The notes: generated from the sequence alone by a model not told the origin. DNA of 64,000 nucleotides from Phycisphaerae bacterium (GCA_963666835.2 CAXXGO010000006.1:1920001-1984000); one strand, 5' to 3'; shown: positions 17,866 to 28,578, counted from the stretch's first letter. Translations and numbers: made by a program.

Positions 17866-18840
17866 TCAGAACCACTTCTTTCTGCGAAAGTACACGAGCA
17901 GGACGGCGGCCACCACGATCATGGACCCGATCACGCTCCAGAAGCTCAGCGGATCCTCCGGCGGAGGCCACAACGGGAGATTCATGCCGTACAAACCGGC
18001 GATGAACGTGAGCGGAAGCATAATGGTGGCGAAGATCGTGAGCGTCTTCATGATCGCGTTGGTGCGGTTGGCCAGGGCGGTGTGATAGTTGTCGCGGATT
18101 CCGTTCAACCGCTCGCGAAGCGTGTCCACAAGGTCAATGACCTGGCTGAGATGGTCTCGGACATGGCTGAACCGCTGTTCAAGTGAGTCCGAGACGTAGT
18201 CGTACTCACCCCTCGCGACCGGCGTGAGCATCTCACGCTGGGAGGTCGCCAGGCTTCGTAGATGGAGGAGGTCTCGCCGGACGCTGCCGGAGTTAGCGAG
18301 GATCTGCTCGTCCACCCCAGGGTCCAACGACTGCTCCTCGAGCCGCTCTAGCTCACCCTCGTAGCGATCAGCGACCACGACATATTTGTCGACCATGCCA
18401 TCGATGATGTCATACAGGATTGAGTCGATGCCTTTGCCGAGCGCGTTTGCCGTGCTCCGGCCGCAACGATCCAGGACCGCCCGAACGGTTCGTAGCGGCT
18501 CTCGATGAGCCGTAATCAGAAAGCGCTTACCGCAGAACGCGGCGAGTTTTCGCGGGTCGAACTCGCTCGGGTCGTCCAGCCCGACGAGGCCGTAGAAGAC
18601 CATGAAGATGTAATCATCGAACTCGTCGATCCGCGGCCGCTGCTCGCCGTGCAGGCAGTCTTCCAGGGACGCTTCGTCCAGGTGCATCAAGTTCTTCAGC
18701 GCAGCGAGGTCGGCATCTGCCGGTTTCTCGAAATCCAGCCAGAACCTCGCCTCCTGGTCGGCCCACGCCTCGCCCAGCTCCTCGACCGAAGAGATGGGCT
18801 TGCAGCTCCCGTCACAGAATCGAACAAAACCGGCTAACAT
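17866..18840 (-). CDS. corA: CorA family Mg/Co transporter
   Basis: QRPRIDEF, MKTLTI...LPLTFIAGLYGMN, two C-terminal TM helices. Confidence 0.93.
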   Translation of the reverse strand: MLAGFVRFCDGSCKPISSVEELGEAWADQEARFWLDFEKPADADLAALKNLMHLDEASLEDCLHGEQRPRIDEFDDYIFMVFYGLVGLDDPSEFDPRKLAAFCGKRFLITAHREPLRTVRAVLDRCGRSTANALGKGIDSILYDIIDGMVDKYVVVADRYEGELERLEEQSLDPGVDEQILANSGSVRRDLLHLRSLATSQREMLTPVARGEYDYVSDSLEQRFSHVRDHLSQVIDLVDTLRERLNGIRDNYHTALANRTNAIMKTLTIFATIMLPLTFIAGLYGMNLPLWPPPEDPLSFWSVIGSMIVVAAVLLVYFRRKKWF

Positions 18841-18949
18841 GCCGTAATGGTATACGTGCGACTCGTGTTGCGCCAAGCCCGGAACCGTCGCGGGGAGAAC
18901 CCGTGACGAGCACCGGGGTTGAGGCCACCAAGCCGGGCGGTGGAAGCCC

Positions 18950-19235
18950 TGTGTCACTGCTCTTGAGCCAAGTAGGTCGGGCTTTGCCCGACAGCTTCCG
19001 GAATCGGTTTGCCTTCACATGGCGGAGCACGCTCCTTGTGTGCCGAGTCATGTTCGATGGCGTGAGGACAGCGCGTCCTGCTTCCTTATGGTAGTCTGGC
19101 GTTGGGCAGAGCCCGACCCACCGTGCTGCGAAGGCACTGCTCAAGAGCCGGTAGGGTCCGTTCCGCGGACCATCTGCTCACCGACGTACGTGTGGTTACG
19201 AGTTCGTAGGGCATGGTCGAGGTACGAGACCTGCC
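18950..19235. repeat. REP cluster incl. GTAGGTCGGGCTTTGCCCGAC, GTAGGGTCCGTTCCGCGGACC and REP A (19206-19235)
   Basis: GTAG plus GC-rich palindromes in the corA-tyrS intergenic region. Confidence 0.65.
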
Positions 19236-19346
19236 GCAATTGTCGAACGCTGATCATCGGCTCCCCCACGTCCAGCGGGAGTGCCATTGAACGGCCTGCG
19301 GAGGCTCGCAACACACAGCAAACACAAAAGGACGCCGCCTGCACGC

Positions 19347-20570
19347 CTATCCGGGCAACGTAAGCCGGACGAAGCGGCGTTTGCCGCGTTGGATCACGTC
19401 GCCGCTTCTGATGGCGATGGGAGCCAGGGCGTCTTCGACCACCTCTCCGTTGATCCGCGCGCCGCGCTCGTTGATCAGCCGTCGAGCTTCGCCGCGTGAC
19501 TTGGCGAACTCGCAATGGACTATCAGATCGATCGGGACGACTTTGCCGTCGTCGAGCATGCCGGCCGGGACCGCGACTTCGGGGACGTCGTCGGGCAATC
19601 CGCCGCCGCCACCGCCGTGAACGCGGCGGAACTCCTCCGCGGCCGACTCAGCGGACTCGGCGTCGTGGTACTCGGTGATAATGGTCTTGGCGAGCCGTTC
19701 CTTGGCGTCCCGGGGGTTGATGTGCGCCGGGTCGATCAGCGCCGGGATTTCCGATTCAGGAACATCGGTGGTCAGCTCGAAGTACTGCCCCATGAGCTTG
19801 TCCGGAACGCTCATGATCTTGCCGAACATGTCACTGGGCGTGTCCGTGACCGCGATGTAGTTGCCCATGGACTTGCTCATCTTCTCGGTGCCGTCCGTGC
19901 CGACCAGTAGCGGCATGACCATGACGACTTGCGGAGGCTGCCCGGCGTTACGCTGCAGGTCGCGCCCGCAGAGGTTGTTGAACGTCTGATCGGTACCGCC
20001 CAGCTCGACGTCTGATTCGATGGCAACGCTGTCGCGGGCCTGCATTAGCGGATAGAGCAGTTCGTGGAGGTAGATTTCCTTGCCTGCCGCCTGTCGGGTG
20101 GCGAACGTGTCGCGCTCCAGCATGCGGGCGACCGTCATCTGGCTCATGAGCCGGACGACATCGGCGAAAGTCAGGTCCTTGAGCCACTCGCTGTTGGGGC
20201 GGACTTCCAGTTTATCCTCGGAGAGGTCGAGGACCTTGCCGGCCTGCTCGAAGTAGGTGGCCGCGTTCTTCTCGATCTCCTCTTTGGTCAGGACCGGGCG
20301 GGTCTTGGAGCGTCCCGTGGGATCGCCGATCATGGCCGTGTAATCTCCGATGATGAGCACGGCCTTGTGCCCGAGATCCTGAAACTGCCGCAGCTTCCGC
20401 AACACCACGGTGTGGCCCAGGGTCAGGTCCGGGGCAGTGGGGTCCATTCCCAGTTTGACCCGCAGGCGTTTTCCGGATGCGAGCCGACGTTCTAGTTCTT
20501 CAGCGGTGTAGACATGATCGGTCCCGCGGAGGAGTAGCTCCATCTGTTGGTCGACGCTCATCTCACTCAC
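19347..20570 (-). CDS. tyrS: Tyrosine--tRNA ligase
   Basis: KLGMDPTAPDLTLGH (HIGH-like), IGDPTGRS, YPLMQ, GGTDQ, KMSKS, C-terminal S4 domain. Confidence 0.97.
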   Translation of the reverse strand: MSEMSVDQQMELLLRGTDHVYTAEELERRLASGKRLRVKLGMDPTAPDLTLGHTVVLRKLRQFQDLGHKAVLIIGDYTAMIGDPTGRSKTRPVLTKEEIEKNAATYFEQAGKVLDLSEDKLEVRPNSEWLKDLTFADVVRLMSQMTVARMLERDTFATRQAAGKEIYLHELLYPLMQARDSVAIESDVELGGTDQTFNNLCGRDLQRNAGQPPQVVMVMPLLVGTDGTEKMSKSMGNYIAVTDTPSDMFGKIMSVPDKLMGQYFELTTDVPESEIPALIDPAHINPRDAKERLAKTIITEYHDAESAESAAEEFRRVHGGGGGGLPDDVPEVAVPAGMLDDGKVVPIDLIVHCEFAKSRGEARRLINERGARINGEVVEDALAPIAIRSGDVIQRGKRRFVRLTLPG

Positions 20571-21375
20571 GAGTTTGCTCCTCAGAACTTGCCCGGTATT
20601 CGAATCGTTCTATTGCGGAGGCGTGTCCGGTGGCGGTTTCAATCTCGATGATCGCCCCGCACACGCGCGAGTCATCTTTGGCGACGTCGAAGGTCGTGGG
20701 GATGCCCGTCACCATGGCGCTGACGACTCGTTCCTTGAGTCGCCCGAGCACTCCGTCATACGGGCCCGTCATGCCCAAGTCGGTGATGTAGCCCGTGCCT
20801 TTTGGAAGAACGCACGCATCGGCGGTCGGCACATGCGTGTGAGTGCCGACCACGGCGCTGACTCGTCCATCAAGATACCAGCCCATGGCGATCTTCTCGC
20901 TGGTAGCCTCGGCATGAATGTCCACGACCACGATTCGAACGTCCTTGGGAATGGCGGAGAGTGCCCGATCGGCGGCAGCGAACGGGCAGTCGGCCGGTCC
21001 CTTCATGTACATTCGGCCCAGAACCGAGATGACCGCCACCCGTTGGTGGGACGCGGTTTCATAGACGGCGAATTCCCGCCCGGGGGCGCCGCGCGGAAGA
21101 TTGGCCGGGCGGACGATATTGTCAGCTTGCTCCAACACCGGGATGATCTCGCGCCGCCGGTAGACGTGATCCCCCATGGTGATCAAATTCGCGCCGTGCT
21201 TGCAGATTTTCTCATACAACGCCGGAGTGAGTCCGGATCCGCCGGCGGTGTTCTCGGCGTTGACGATCACGCAGTCGACATTGTACTTGGGGACGGAGAC
21301 TTCGAGGGCTTCACGCAACGCCCTTCGTCCGGGTCCGCCGACGACATCTCCGATGCACAGCAGAGTGAGCTTCAT
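20563..21375 (-). CDS. ymdB: YmdB/TIGR00282 metallophosphoesterase
   Basis: IGDVVG, NAEN, DIHAEATSEK, GTHTHVPTAD, TDLGMTGP; directly downstream of rny. Confidence 0.93.
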   Translation of the reverse strand: MKLTLLCIGDVVGGPGRRALREALEVSVPKYNVDCVIVNAENTAGGSGLTPALYEKICKHGANLITMGDHVYRRREIIPVLEQADNIVRPANLPRGAPGREFAVYETASHQRVAVISVLGRMYMKGPADCPFAAADRALSAIPKDVRIVVVDIHAEATSEKIAMGWYLDGRVSAVVGTHTHVPTADACVLPKGTGYITDLGMTGPYDGVLGRLKERVVSAMVTGIPTTFDVAKDDSRVCGAIIEIETATGHASAIERFEYRASSEEQTRE

Positions 21376-21409
21376 AGTGGTTCCGAACAGAGCGGATCGA
21401 GGAAGTCTC

Positions 21410-23002
21410 CTAGTGGGCGACCGATACGGCCCGCACCTCGCGCAGGACGGTCACGCGAATCTCACCCGGATAGGTCATTTTGTCTTCGATCTCCTTGGCA
21501 ACATCGTGAGAGATCTTCGCGGCGATGGCGTCGTTTACTTGCTTGGCATCGACGATGACGCGAATCTCCCGGCCCGCCTGGATAGCGAAAGCCTCTTTCA
21601 CTCCCGAAGGCGCCTTGGCGATCTCCTCCAACTGCTGCAAACGCTGGACGTAACGCTCCAAAGACTCCCTCCGGCTTCCGGGCCGGGCGGCACTGATGGC
21701 GTCGGCGGCCATGACGATCGGAGTGTATTCGCTGATTGCGGGGATGTCGGCATGGTGCCCCTCTATCGCGTTGAGGACCTCCGGCCGTTCGTTGAACCGC
21801 TTGCAGAAATCCGCGCCTACCTTGGGGTGCCCGCCTTCCACGTCGTGGTCGATGGCCTTGCCGATGTCGTGCAGTAGCCCACACCGCCGGGCCAGGCGCC
21901 CGTCTAGCCCGAGTTCGTCGGCAATAACCTGGCTAAGGAATGCGACTTCCAGCGAGTGCTTCAAGACATTCTGACCGTAGCTGGTTCGGAACTTCAGCCG
22001 CCCGAGCAGGTCCAGTTGCTTGCGATGCAGCCCGCCCACACTGGCTTCGACGGCGGCTTTCTTGCCCGTGTCCAGGCAGTCTTCTTCGACTTCTTTGCGG
22101 ACCTGGTCGACCAGCTCCTCAATCCGTCCCGGGTGAATCCGCCCGTCCTGGATCAGACGTTCGAGCGAGCGTCGGGCCACCTCGCGCCGGACCGGGTCGA
22201 ACGCGCTGACCAAGACCAATCCCGGCGTATCGTCCACGATAACGTCTACGCCCGTGGCTTTTTCGAACGACCGGATATTGCGTCCCTCGCGCCCGATTAC
22301 GCGGCCCTTCATGTCGTCCGAGGGAATCTCCACGCTGGACACGACGTTCTCGCAGGTATGCTCGGAAGCATAGCGCTGAATAGCGGTAAGCGTAATCTCC
22401 CGCGATCGCTGAAGGGCTTCGTCCTTGGCGGCTGCCATGGCCTTTTCGATTACCTCAGCGGAATCCTGTTCCAACTCATCGCGGAGTTCGTCCAGGATCG
22501 TCTGCTTGGCATCTTCCGCGGACATACCGGACACCCTGAGCAGTTTCTCGCGGCGCTCGGCGATTAGCTTGGTGGCTTCCTCTTCGCGGGCCGTCACCTT
22601 TTCGACGCGCGCCTCGAGTTTGCCCCGTTCCTGTTCGAGCTTCTTCTCTTTGCTGGCCAGGGTGTCGAGTTTCCCCTCTATGTTGTCTTCGCGCTTGGCG
22701 AGCCGTTTTTCTACCTCCTTCAGCTCCGCGCGCATCTCGGTGGATTCCTGACGGAGTTTCTCCTGTCCTTTGAGGTACTCCGCCTTGGCGTCTATTTCAG
22801 CGGTCTTACGGGTTACGTCGGCTTCGGTTCGAGCCTCGCTGACTGTTCGATCGGCCTCGGAGCGCGCCGCCTCAAGGCGGGAGCGACCGAGCCAGCGGAC
22901 GAACATGAAGCCGACCAGAACTCCGATTGCCGCCCCGACGACCGCTGCCACAGCACCGGTCGTCGTCTGAGCAGTCATCAATAACAGTGGAAGAGTGTTC
23001 AT
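21410..23002 (-). CDS. rny: Ribonuclease Y
   Basis: N-terminal TM, coiled coil, KH (MKGRVIGREGRNIR), HD domain (LLHDIGK, ADAISAARPG), YPGEIRVTV.RE. Confidence 0.97.
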   Translation of the reverse strand: MNTLPLLLMTAQTTTGAVAAVVGAAIGVLVGFMFVRWLGRSRLEAARSEADRTVSEARTEADVTRKTAEIDAKAEYLKGQEKLRQESTEMRAELKEVEKRLAKREDNIEGKLDTLASKEKKLEQERGKLEARVEKVTAREEEATKLIAERREKLLRVSGMSAEDAKQTILDELRDELEQDSAEVIEKAMAAAKDEALQRSREITLTAIQRYASEHTCENVVSSVEIPSDDMKGRVIGREGRNIRSFEKATGVDVIVDDTPGLVLVSAFDPVRREVARRSLERLIQDGRIHPGRIEELVDQVRKEVEEDCLDTGKKAAVEASVGGLHRKQLDLLGRLKFRTSYGQNVLKHSLEVAFLSQVIADELGLDGRLARRCGLLHDIGKAIDHDVEGGHPKVGADFCKRFNERPEVLNAIEGHHADIPAISEYTPIVMAADAISAARPGSRRESLERYVQRLQQLEEIAKAPSGVKEAFAIQAGREIRVIVDAKQVNDAIAAKISHDVAKEIEDKMTYPGEIRVTVLREVRAVSVAH

Positions 23003-23170
23003 AAGGTCTCAATCCGTTTTAACGCGGTTTCGCGAACATCGACGCCGTCAGGGACGCCCGAACCGCTCACCGGTCGTGAGACGGACTCCCACCGCTCGTG
23101 CTTCGCACGCTCGGGTGGCGTTCGATGAGTATGGCTTGCTTGGATACGAAGTCCGTTGAATGCAGAATCA

Positions 23171-23455
23171 ACATGGACCCCGAGGCCCCAGGTCCAAGGG
23201 GATCGAACCTCGCAATACTGCTTGATGGACCCTAGCAGTCGGTCCGGCGGACCTCCGGTCGCTTCGATACCCGCCTGGCTTGCGCGGGTTCAACGTTGGC
23301 CGAATGTCCAGGCTTCATTTTAGGCAAAACTGTAAACCACCTGTCGATACCCTGCCACCCGTTATGGTTGTCCGCCGCGGCAGGATTGACGGTCTCCTCG
23401 GGTATCAACAAAGCGACTCACTCCTCATATCGAGGCCAACTCAGCCGGGTCCTGT
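23171..23455 (-). ncRNA. ssrS: 6S RNA-like (ssrS), extended ~285 nt
   Basis: Closing stem ACAGGACCC/GGGTCCATGT, internal 12-bp stem TTGTTGATACCC/GGGTATCGACAG, segment GCCTAAAA...ACATTC...TTGAACC...GGTTCGA resembling the 6S 3' central-bubble region; upstream of rny. Confidence 0.7.
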
Positions 23456-23697
23456 CCTTCTGGAGCCCACCATGCCGCCGAGAGCAAGCGCCCTGAAGAC
23501 GACCTCACTCTTATTGAGCACGAACACGAGCCCCCGTTACGTAATCGCGAGCTTCCCAACCCCGTAGCATCGCCGGGGAGGTCGACGATCGTTCTCCTAT
23601 GTCGGGCGGAGCTGCCTGTGAGGCGACCCCCACAACATGCCTTCACCCGCAAGTAAAGTAAGAATTCAATGCGTGCCGCACACCGGAACGCGCCGAA

Positions 23698-23725
23698 ATT
23701 ATAACCTGCTGCAACATTGCGTCAA
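23698..23725 (-). promoter_or_regulatory. Near-consensus sigma70 promoter upstream of 6S-rny-ymdB-tyrS
   Basis: TTGACG-N16-TATAAT on minus strand. Confidence 0.65.
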
Positions 23726-23831
23726 CCGCGCCTCTGCGCGAAACAGGTAGGCGCGTTTGAGGCGTTCGCGGCAGGTCTGGAGCGCGCGACGGACTACGCG
23801 ACGAACATGCCGATGCTGCTGCGGGTCTTCG

Positions 23832-23870
23832 GAACAAAGGCGGCACTGCCGTAGGGGGCAGTGCCGCCTT
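23832..23870 (-). terminator. Intrinsic terminator after C1 peptidase gene
   Basis: GGCGGCACTGCC/GGCAGTGCCGCC 12-bp stem followed by TTTGTT on minus strand. Confidence 0.65.
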
Positions 23871-23996
23871 CAATATGATCGGAAAATAGGGGCAGCCGCC
23901 TGATCGGCGACCTGGGTTCCGGCGACCGTCGCTACCCGCCGCCGGAACCCGGGGTGGTCCGCAACGCGCTCGATATCGGTTGCGGACCAGCCGAGG

Positions 23997-26051
23997 TTAC
24001 TTCGTTTCGGCCGGCGTTACCTTCGCCGGTTGGCGGTTGGCTCCGAGTAGACCCGGACGGACTCCCGCGGCGGGCATGTTACGAGCCCACGATGGAGTCA
24101 CCACGGGAATCGTGCGGAACGTCCGTGTGGAGGTCTTGAAGTCGTCCAGGTCGGACCAGTCATCCAAGTCGTCGAGATCGGACCAGTCATCCAACTCATC
24201 CAACGAGCGAGCTCCGCAATCATTGCAGTCCGTGCCGAACTCGCAGACGTCGTAGACGGCCCCGATACCGCCGTCGTCGCACACGCCGTCGTAGGCGTAC
24301 TCACAGGTGTCGAGGCAGAGTTCCTCGGCGTACGGATCGACGACGCCGTCAGCGCTGCGGCTGCCACAATCGGCGCAGTCCGTTCCGTAGTCACAAACGT
24401 CGTACAAGGCGCCCGTGCCGCCGTCGTCGCACTCGCCATCGAACGCGTACCGGCAGGTGTTAGTGCAGACTTCGTCGCTACCGCCTCCCGCGTCGCGGAC
24501 CCCACAATCGGTGCAATCGGTGCCGTAGTCGCAGGCTGCGTACATTGCCCCGACGCCGCCGTCGTCACACTCCCCGTCGCCGGCGAAGCGGCAGGTATCG
24601 CTGCAGAGTGTTTCGTCAGTTGAACCGCCTCCGTCCTCGCGCGTGCCGCAGTCGGCGCAGTCGGTTCCCAAGTCGCACAGGGCATAGTCACTGCCGGCGC
24701 CGCCGTCGTCACACTCGCCGTCGTAGGCGAAGATGCAGAGGTTGTTGCAGATCCCTTCGTCGCTGCCGCCGTCCTCATCGAGCGGAGCGACGTCTGCGGT
24801 ACCTGTGAAGGTAATGTCGTTGCCGGCTTCGGTCTGCGTATCGAACGCCAGAGTGTACGTCCCGGCCTCCCATTGGAAGCCGTCGTCACGGACGAAATAC
24901 ACGTATCCATCTACGAACCACGTGTTGTAGGTTTGCTCGCCAACCCCGCCGGACGGATCCGTGACCGTTACGGACCTGATGTAGACCGGGGCGTCGAAAT
25001 GATAGAGGAAAACGAGATAGACCAACTCGTCCCGGGTGTCCGGGTCGGTATCTACGAACTGGAAGGCCTCATCGAGATAGCCCAGGGGATCCTCCTCCGT
25101 ATCCGGATCGGGGTCCGGGTCGGGATCGGGATCAGGTACCTCCCGATCGCTGCCCGGCTCGATCGAGTAAGCCTCAAAGACCGTAGCTTCGAACGTCTCA
25201 TAGGCCATCCACATAAAGCCGGAGTCGCCCCATTGCGTGCTCCAACTGTTCATGACGCGATATGCGCTCAAGGAATCATCGTATCCGACCAGGGCCATGG
25301 CGTGAGCGGCATGCTGCGAGCCTTGGGTAAGGAAGGTGCCGCTGCCATGATACACGTCGGCGCTGTTGGCGTTGGGGAAGTCATCGTACAGCCGTGCTCC
25401 GAACACTACGATTCGTCCGGCTGCGAGTTCCGCGCGAACGGCGTAAGGGTCGGTTTCGACCACCCGATTGAAGCTGCCAATCCGGAAGTTCGCGGCGTCC
25501 GTGGCCGGTGGGTCGAGAAGGCAAGTATCGTCCCGATACTCCACCGTGTCGAGGCTCGAGCATCCTTCTTGCACCAGCAGGTTCATGGCCGTGCTAATCA
25601 ACGTGCCGGAACCGCACTCGTAGTTGTCGGTGTCGAGAAGCCTGGTGTAGAGGTAACCGGGGCTGGCCTGGTGCTCTGCCGTGGTCGCGCCCCAGCCGTA
25701 TTGGCGGTTGGCCGTGTAGGTTGCTCCGGCGTACCCGGTGGCCCAAGCAGTACAAGACCCCATACCGCCCTGATTGCCGATCGGGGGAAGGTCGCGAGTC
25801 AGATCGGCGGAAGCGGGAAGACTTACGCTGGCATTCGCCGCATAGGGGTTGATGGCCTGCGGACGCGCCGCTACGTCCGCTGGGTCAGGCACTTCCAGAC
25901 CGAAAGTAAGTCCGGCTTCCTGCGCACCGTTGTCGTTGTCGTTGTCGGTTACATCGTCCGCCGGCGGAACGGCACAGCCGAGGAAACCGACGAGACATAA
26001 CGTGGTGATCGTCAGTGCCGTGGCCCCAAACAGAATTCGCCTCTTGAACAT
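23997..26051 (-). CDS. Papain-like (C1) cysteine protease lipoprotein with four Cys-rich C-terminal repeats
   Basis: Lipobox FLGC; NQGGMGSCTAWA (Cys), AHAMALVGYDD (His), NSWSTQWGDSGF (Asn); DPDP linker; 4x C..TC..A.DG.CDDGG.G..Y..C..GTDC.DCG.R. Confidence 0.88.
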   Translation of the reverse strand: MFKRRILFGATALTITTLCLVGFLGCAVPPADDVTDNDNDNGAQEAGLTFGLEVPDPADVAARPQAINPYAANASVSLPASADLTRDLPPIGNQGGMGSCTAWATGYAGATYTANRQYGWGATTAEHQASPGYLYTRLLDTDNYECGSGTLISTAMNLLVQEGCSSLDTVEYRDDTCLLDPPATDAANFRIGSFNRVVETDPYAVRAELAAGRIVVFGARLYDDFPNANSADVYHGSGTFLTQGSQHAAHAMALVGYDDSLSAYRVMNSWSTQWGDSGFMWMAYETFEATVFEAYSIEPGSDREVPDPDPDPDPDPDTEEDPLGYLDEAFQFVDTDPDTRDELVYLVFLYHFDAPVYIRSVTVTDPSGGVGEQTYNTWFVDGYVYFVRDDGFQWEAGTYTLAFDTQTEAGNDITFTGTADVAPLDEDGGSDEGICNNLCIFAYDGECDDGGAGSDYALCDLGTDCADCGTREDGGGSTDETLCSDTCRFAGDGECDDGGVGAMYAACDYGTDCTDCGVRDAGGGSDEVCTNTCRYAFDGECDDGGTGALYDVCDYGTDCADCGSRSADGVVDPYAEELCLDTCEYAYDGVCDDGGIGAVYDVCEFGTDCNDCGARSLDELDDWSDLDDLDDWSDLDDFKTSTRTFRTIPVVTPSWARNMPAAGVRPGLLGANRQPAKVTPAETK

Positions 26052-26288
26052 GTTCTTGTATCTCCCACCTGCGATTGACTAGAAACGCAAGTACTTAAGA
26101 AGGACGAGTGGGCGCCGACGGCATCCGCACCGTCGGTCGGCCAACGAAACGGCAGTTGGCTCGCCCCGCGCCAGACCTATGTCCATTCGCCAGGTTTAGC
26201 AGGTCGGAACCGTTCCGGCAAGCTCGCGCCCGGCTTCAGGCGAAGCGCCACGCGGCTCGGCGCGACCGGCCATGGCAACTGGTTTCGA

Positions 26289-27977
26289 CTATACGAAGTA
26301 CGCCTTCACGACGTACTGGTGCATCATACGCTGCGTGTTGAAGAAGGAGCCGTTTAGGGCGATACAGTGTCTCATCACGTCCACGAAGCGATCTCGATCG
26401 TGGTAGTAGAGAGGCAGAATCACGTACTCCAGCTTGTCGTAGAGCATGGCTGCGTCGTTCGATCGATCGGCCGAATCGCTCTCTTCCGGTCGGCCGATGG
26501 CCCAGCCCGTGGCTCCCTCGATCCAGCCTTCCAGCCACCATCCGTCCAGCACACTAAGGGACGGGACCCCATTAAGGGCTGCCTTCATGCCGCTGGTGCC
26601 CGAGGCCTCCTGCGGCGGCTCCGGAGTGTTGAGCCATAGGTCTACGCCGGCGGTCATCAACTGGCACAGCTCGATGTCGTAGTTGGCTAGATATACGATC
26701 TTAATCTCGTTTTTGAGCTGCTCCTTAGCTTGGAAGATGCGTCGGATGACGTCCTTGCCTCCGCCGTCCTGGGGATGGGCCTTGCCCGCGAAGACGACCT
26801 GGAGGGGGCAACTGCGATCGATCCGCCGCAAGCGGCCCAGGTCGTGAAAGAACATATCCGCGCGTTTGTACGTCGCGGCCCGCCTGGCGTAGCCGATGGT
26901 GAACACGTCGCGGTCCATTCCCGCGTTGGCGACCCGGTTCACGTAGCGGAGCAATTGGTCTTTGGAGCGAGCATGGGCTTCCCACACTTCGTGGTTGGGG
27001 ATTGTTAGCGCGTTGCGGAGGCTGTAGCTATCGTCGCGCCAGGTCGGGATGTGCTCGTCGAACACCTCTTGCAGGGCTGATGACACCCACGTCCGCGCAT
27101 GCACTCCGTTCGTTATGGAATCGATTACGTGCGGAGCGAACAACTGGCGGGAAATCTCTCCGTGCCGCTTGGCCACGCCGTTGACGTAGTGGCTCAAGTG
27201 CAGGGCAAGATAGGTCATGTTCAGGACCTTGTCCATACCGGATACCTGCTCGAGGGTCCGGACCACGCGCGGGTCCAGAACGCCCTTGACGACATCGAGC
27301 GGAAACTGGTCATGACCGGCTGGGACGGGGGTGTGCGTAGTGAACACGCATCGGTTACGAACGGCTTCGACATCCTCGTCGGAGAGGGTCCGGTCTGAAC
27401 CTCCGCGGAGCCGCTCGTCCAGGAGCTCGCAGGTCAACAGGCTGGCGTGCCCCTCGTTCATGTGGAAACGTTCGATCTCGTCGTATTCGAGAGCCCGGAG
27501 CATCTTCACGCCGCCGATGCCGAGGACGGTTTCTTGACAGAGCCGATAGCGGGCATCTCCGCCATACAGATTGTGCGTGAAGCTGCGGTCCGAATCGGTG
27601 TTGCCCTCCATGTCCGTGTCGAGAAGATACACCGGTATCCGGTAGCCTCCGAACCCGATTACGTCCCGGACCCAGGCGCGGATACGGACGTCGCGGCCTT
27701 CGACTTTCACCACTACCGGGTCTACGGCGACCAGTCGCAGGAAGTCGTCGATTGCCCAGTCAACCGGCTCTTCGGTTTGATTGCCGTGTTCGTCGAGTTT
27801 CTGGCGGCAGTAGCCCTTACGGTGCAGCAGCGTAACCGCCACCATCGGCACCTTCAGATCGGCAGCCGCCCGAATGGTATCCCCGGCCAGGACCCCGAGT
27901 CCTCCGCTGTACGTCGGGATCTCCTGGCAGAGACCCATCTCCATTGAGAAATACGCGATCCGTCGTCTGTCACTCAT
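26289..27977 (-). CDS. glgP: Alpha-glucan phosphorylase
   Basis: [57 protein letters not shown]. Confidence 0.95.
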   Translation of the reverse strand: MSDRRRIAYFSMEMGLCQEIPTYSGGLGVLAGDTIRAAADLKVPMVAVTLLHRKGYCRQKLDEHGNQTEEPVDWAIDDFLRLVAVDPVVVKVEGRDVRIRAWVRDVIGFGGYRIPVYLLDTDMEGNTDSDRSFTHNLYGGDARYRLCQETVLGIGGVKMLRALEYDEIERFHMNEGHASLLTCELLDERLRGGSDRTLSDEDVEAVRNRCVFTTHTPVPAGHDQFPLDVVKGVLDPRVVRTLEQVSGMDKVLNMTYLALHLSHYVNGVAKRHGEISRQLFAPHVIDSITNGVHARTWVSSALQEVFDEHIPTWRDDSYSLRNALTIPNHEVWEAHARSKDQLLRYVNRVANAGMDRDVFTIGYARRAATYKRADMFFHDLGRLRRIDRSCPLQVVFAGKAHPQDGGGKDVIRRIFQAKEQLKNEIKIVYLANYDIELCQLMTAGVDLWLNTPEPPQEASGTSGMKAALNGVPSLSVLDGWWLEGWIEGATGWAIGRPEESDSADRSNDAAMLYDKLEYVILPLYYHDRDRFVDVMRHCIALNGSFFNTQRMMHQYVVKAYFV

Positions 27978-28578
27978 GGGCAGGTATCTGAGTCCTCTGA
28001 TTACGAACCAAAGTCCGTTTAGGTATGATTATTCTTTCGACGTGGTGCGCTCAATCCTTGAAGCTGGATCATCCCACTACCGCGTGGGTGGGAGGATTCC
28101 CCCCGGGCCTCATCTCCAGTCGGATTCTCTGCGCCCGCCGTCGAGCATTCTCTCTCCGGCCAACGGGGTGGAGTATGGTGGCAAACACTCCGAATAGCAA
28201 CCCCGCCTCTCCGGGGGCGGGGCGTGTTTCGGACGGCGTAGCCGAGTTGGACCGGGATGGTATGGGGCAGAGCGGGCAGGCCTGCACGGTCGTCCGGCAT
28301 GGGGATCGTGATATCCCAATCAGGACGCGCCACCAGGAATGCCCAGGTTGTCAGGCTTGCCAGAGTTGTTACGGCGGTCACGTTGCTCATTGCGACAACC
28401 GGCACGGTACGGTGGTTTCGGAGAGCCGAGTGTCCGAGCCTGTCACTTGTGCGTATCGCGTGGATGTGCCAAACTGAATCCGAAGCGGAGCCTCCGGAAG
28501 GTAAGAGTGGTGTCCCAGTGTTGTCCGTGGGCTCGGCTGAGGGACTTCGGCGTGCAGTGCAGTAACGGTAACCCGACT

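Noticed and set aside
20575..21558. 327-aa plus-strand ORF (and similar long ORFs at 24873-26000, 31794-32810, 45478-46341, 62204-63274)
   Set aside because: Antisense to well-supported genes; expected artefacts of high-GC codon bias
23425..23652. 75-aa minus-strand ORF upstream of 6S (possible zapA position)
   Set aside because: TTG start without SD and no resemblance to ZapA or any family I recognise
24141..24755. CRISPR or non-coding tandem repeats
   Set aside because: Repeats are in-frame protein repeats of the C1 peptidase
28000..28578. ncRNA or N-terminal extension of glgX
   Set aside because: Divergent promoter region with one GC hairpin; the upstream 80 codons have no GlgX-like features
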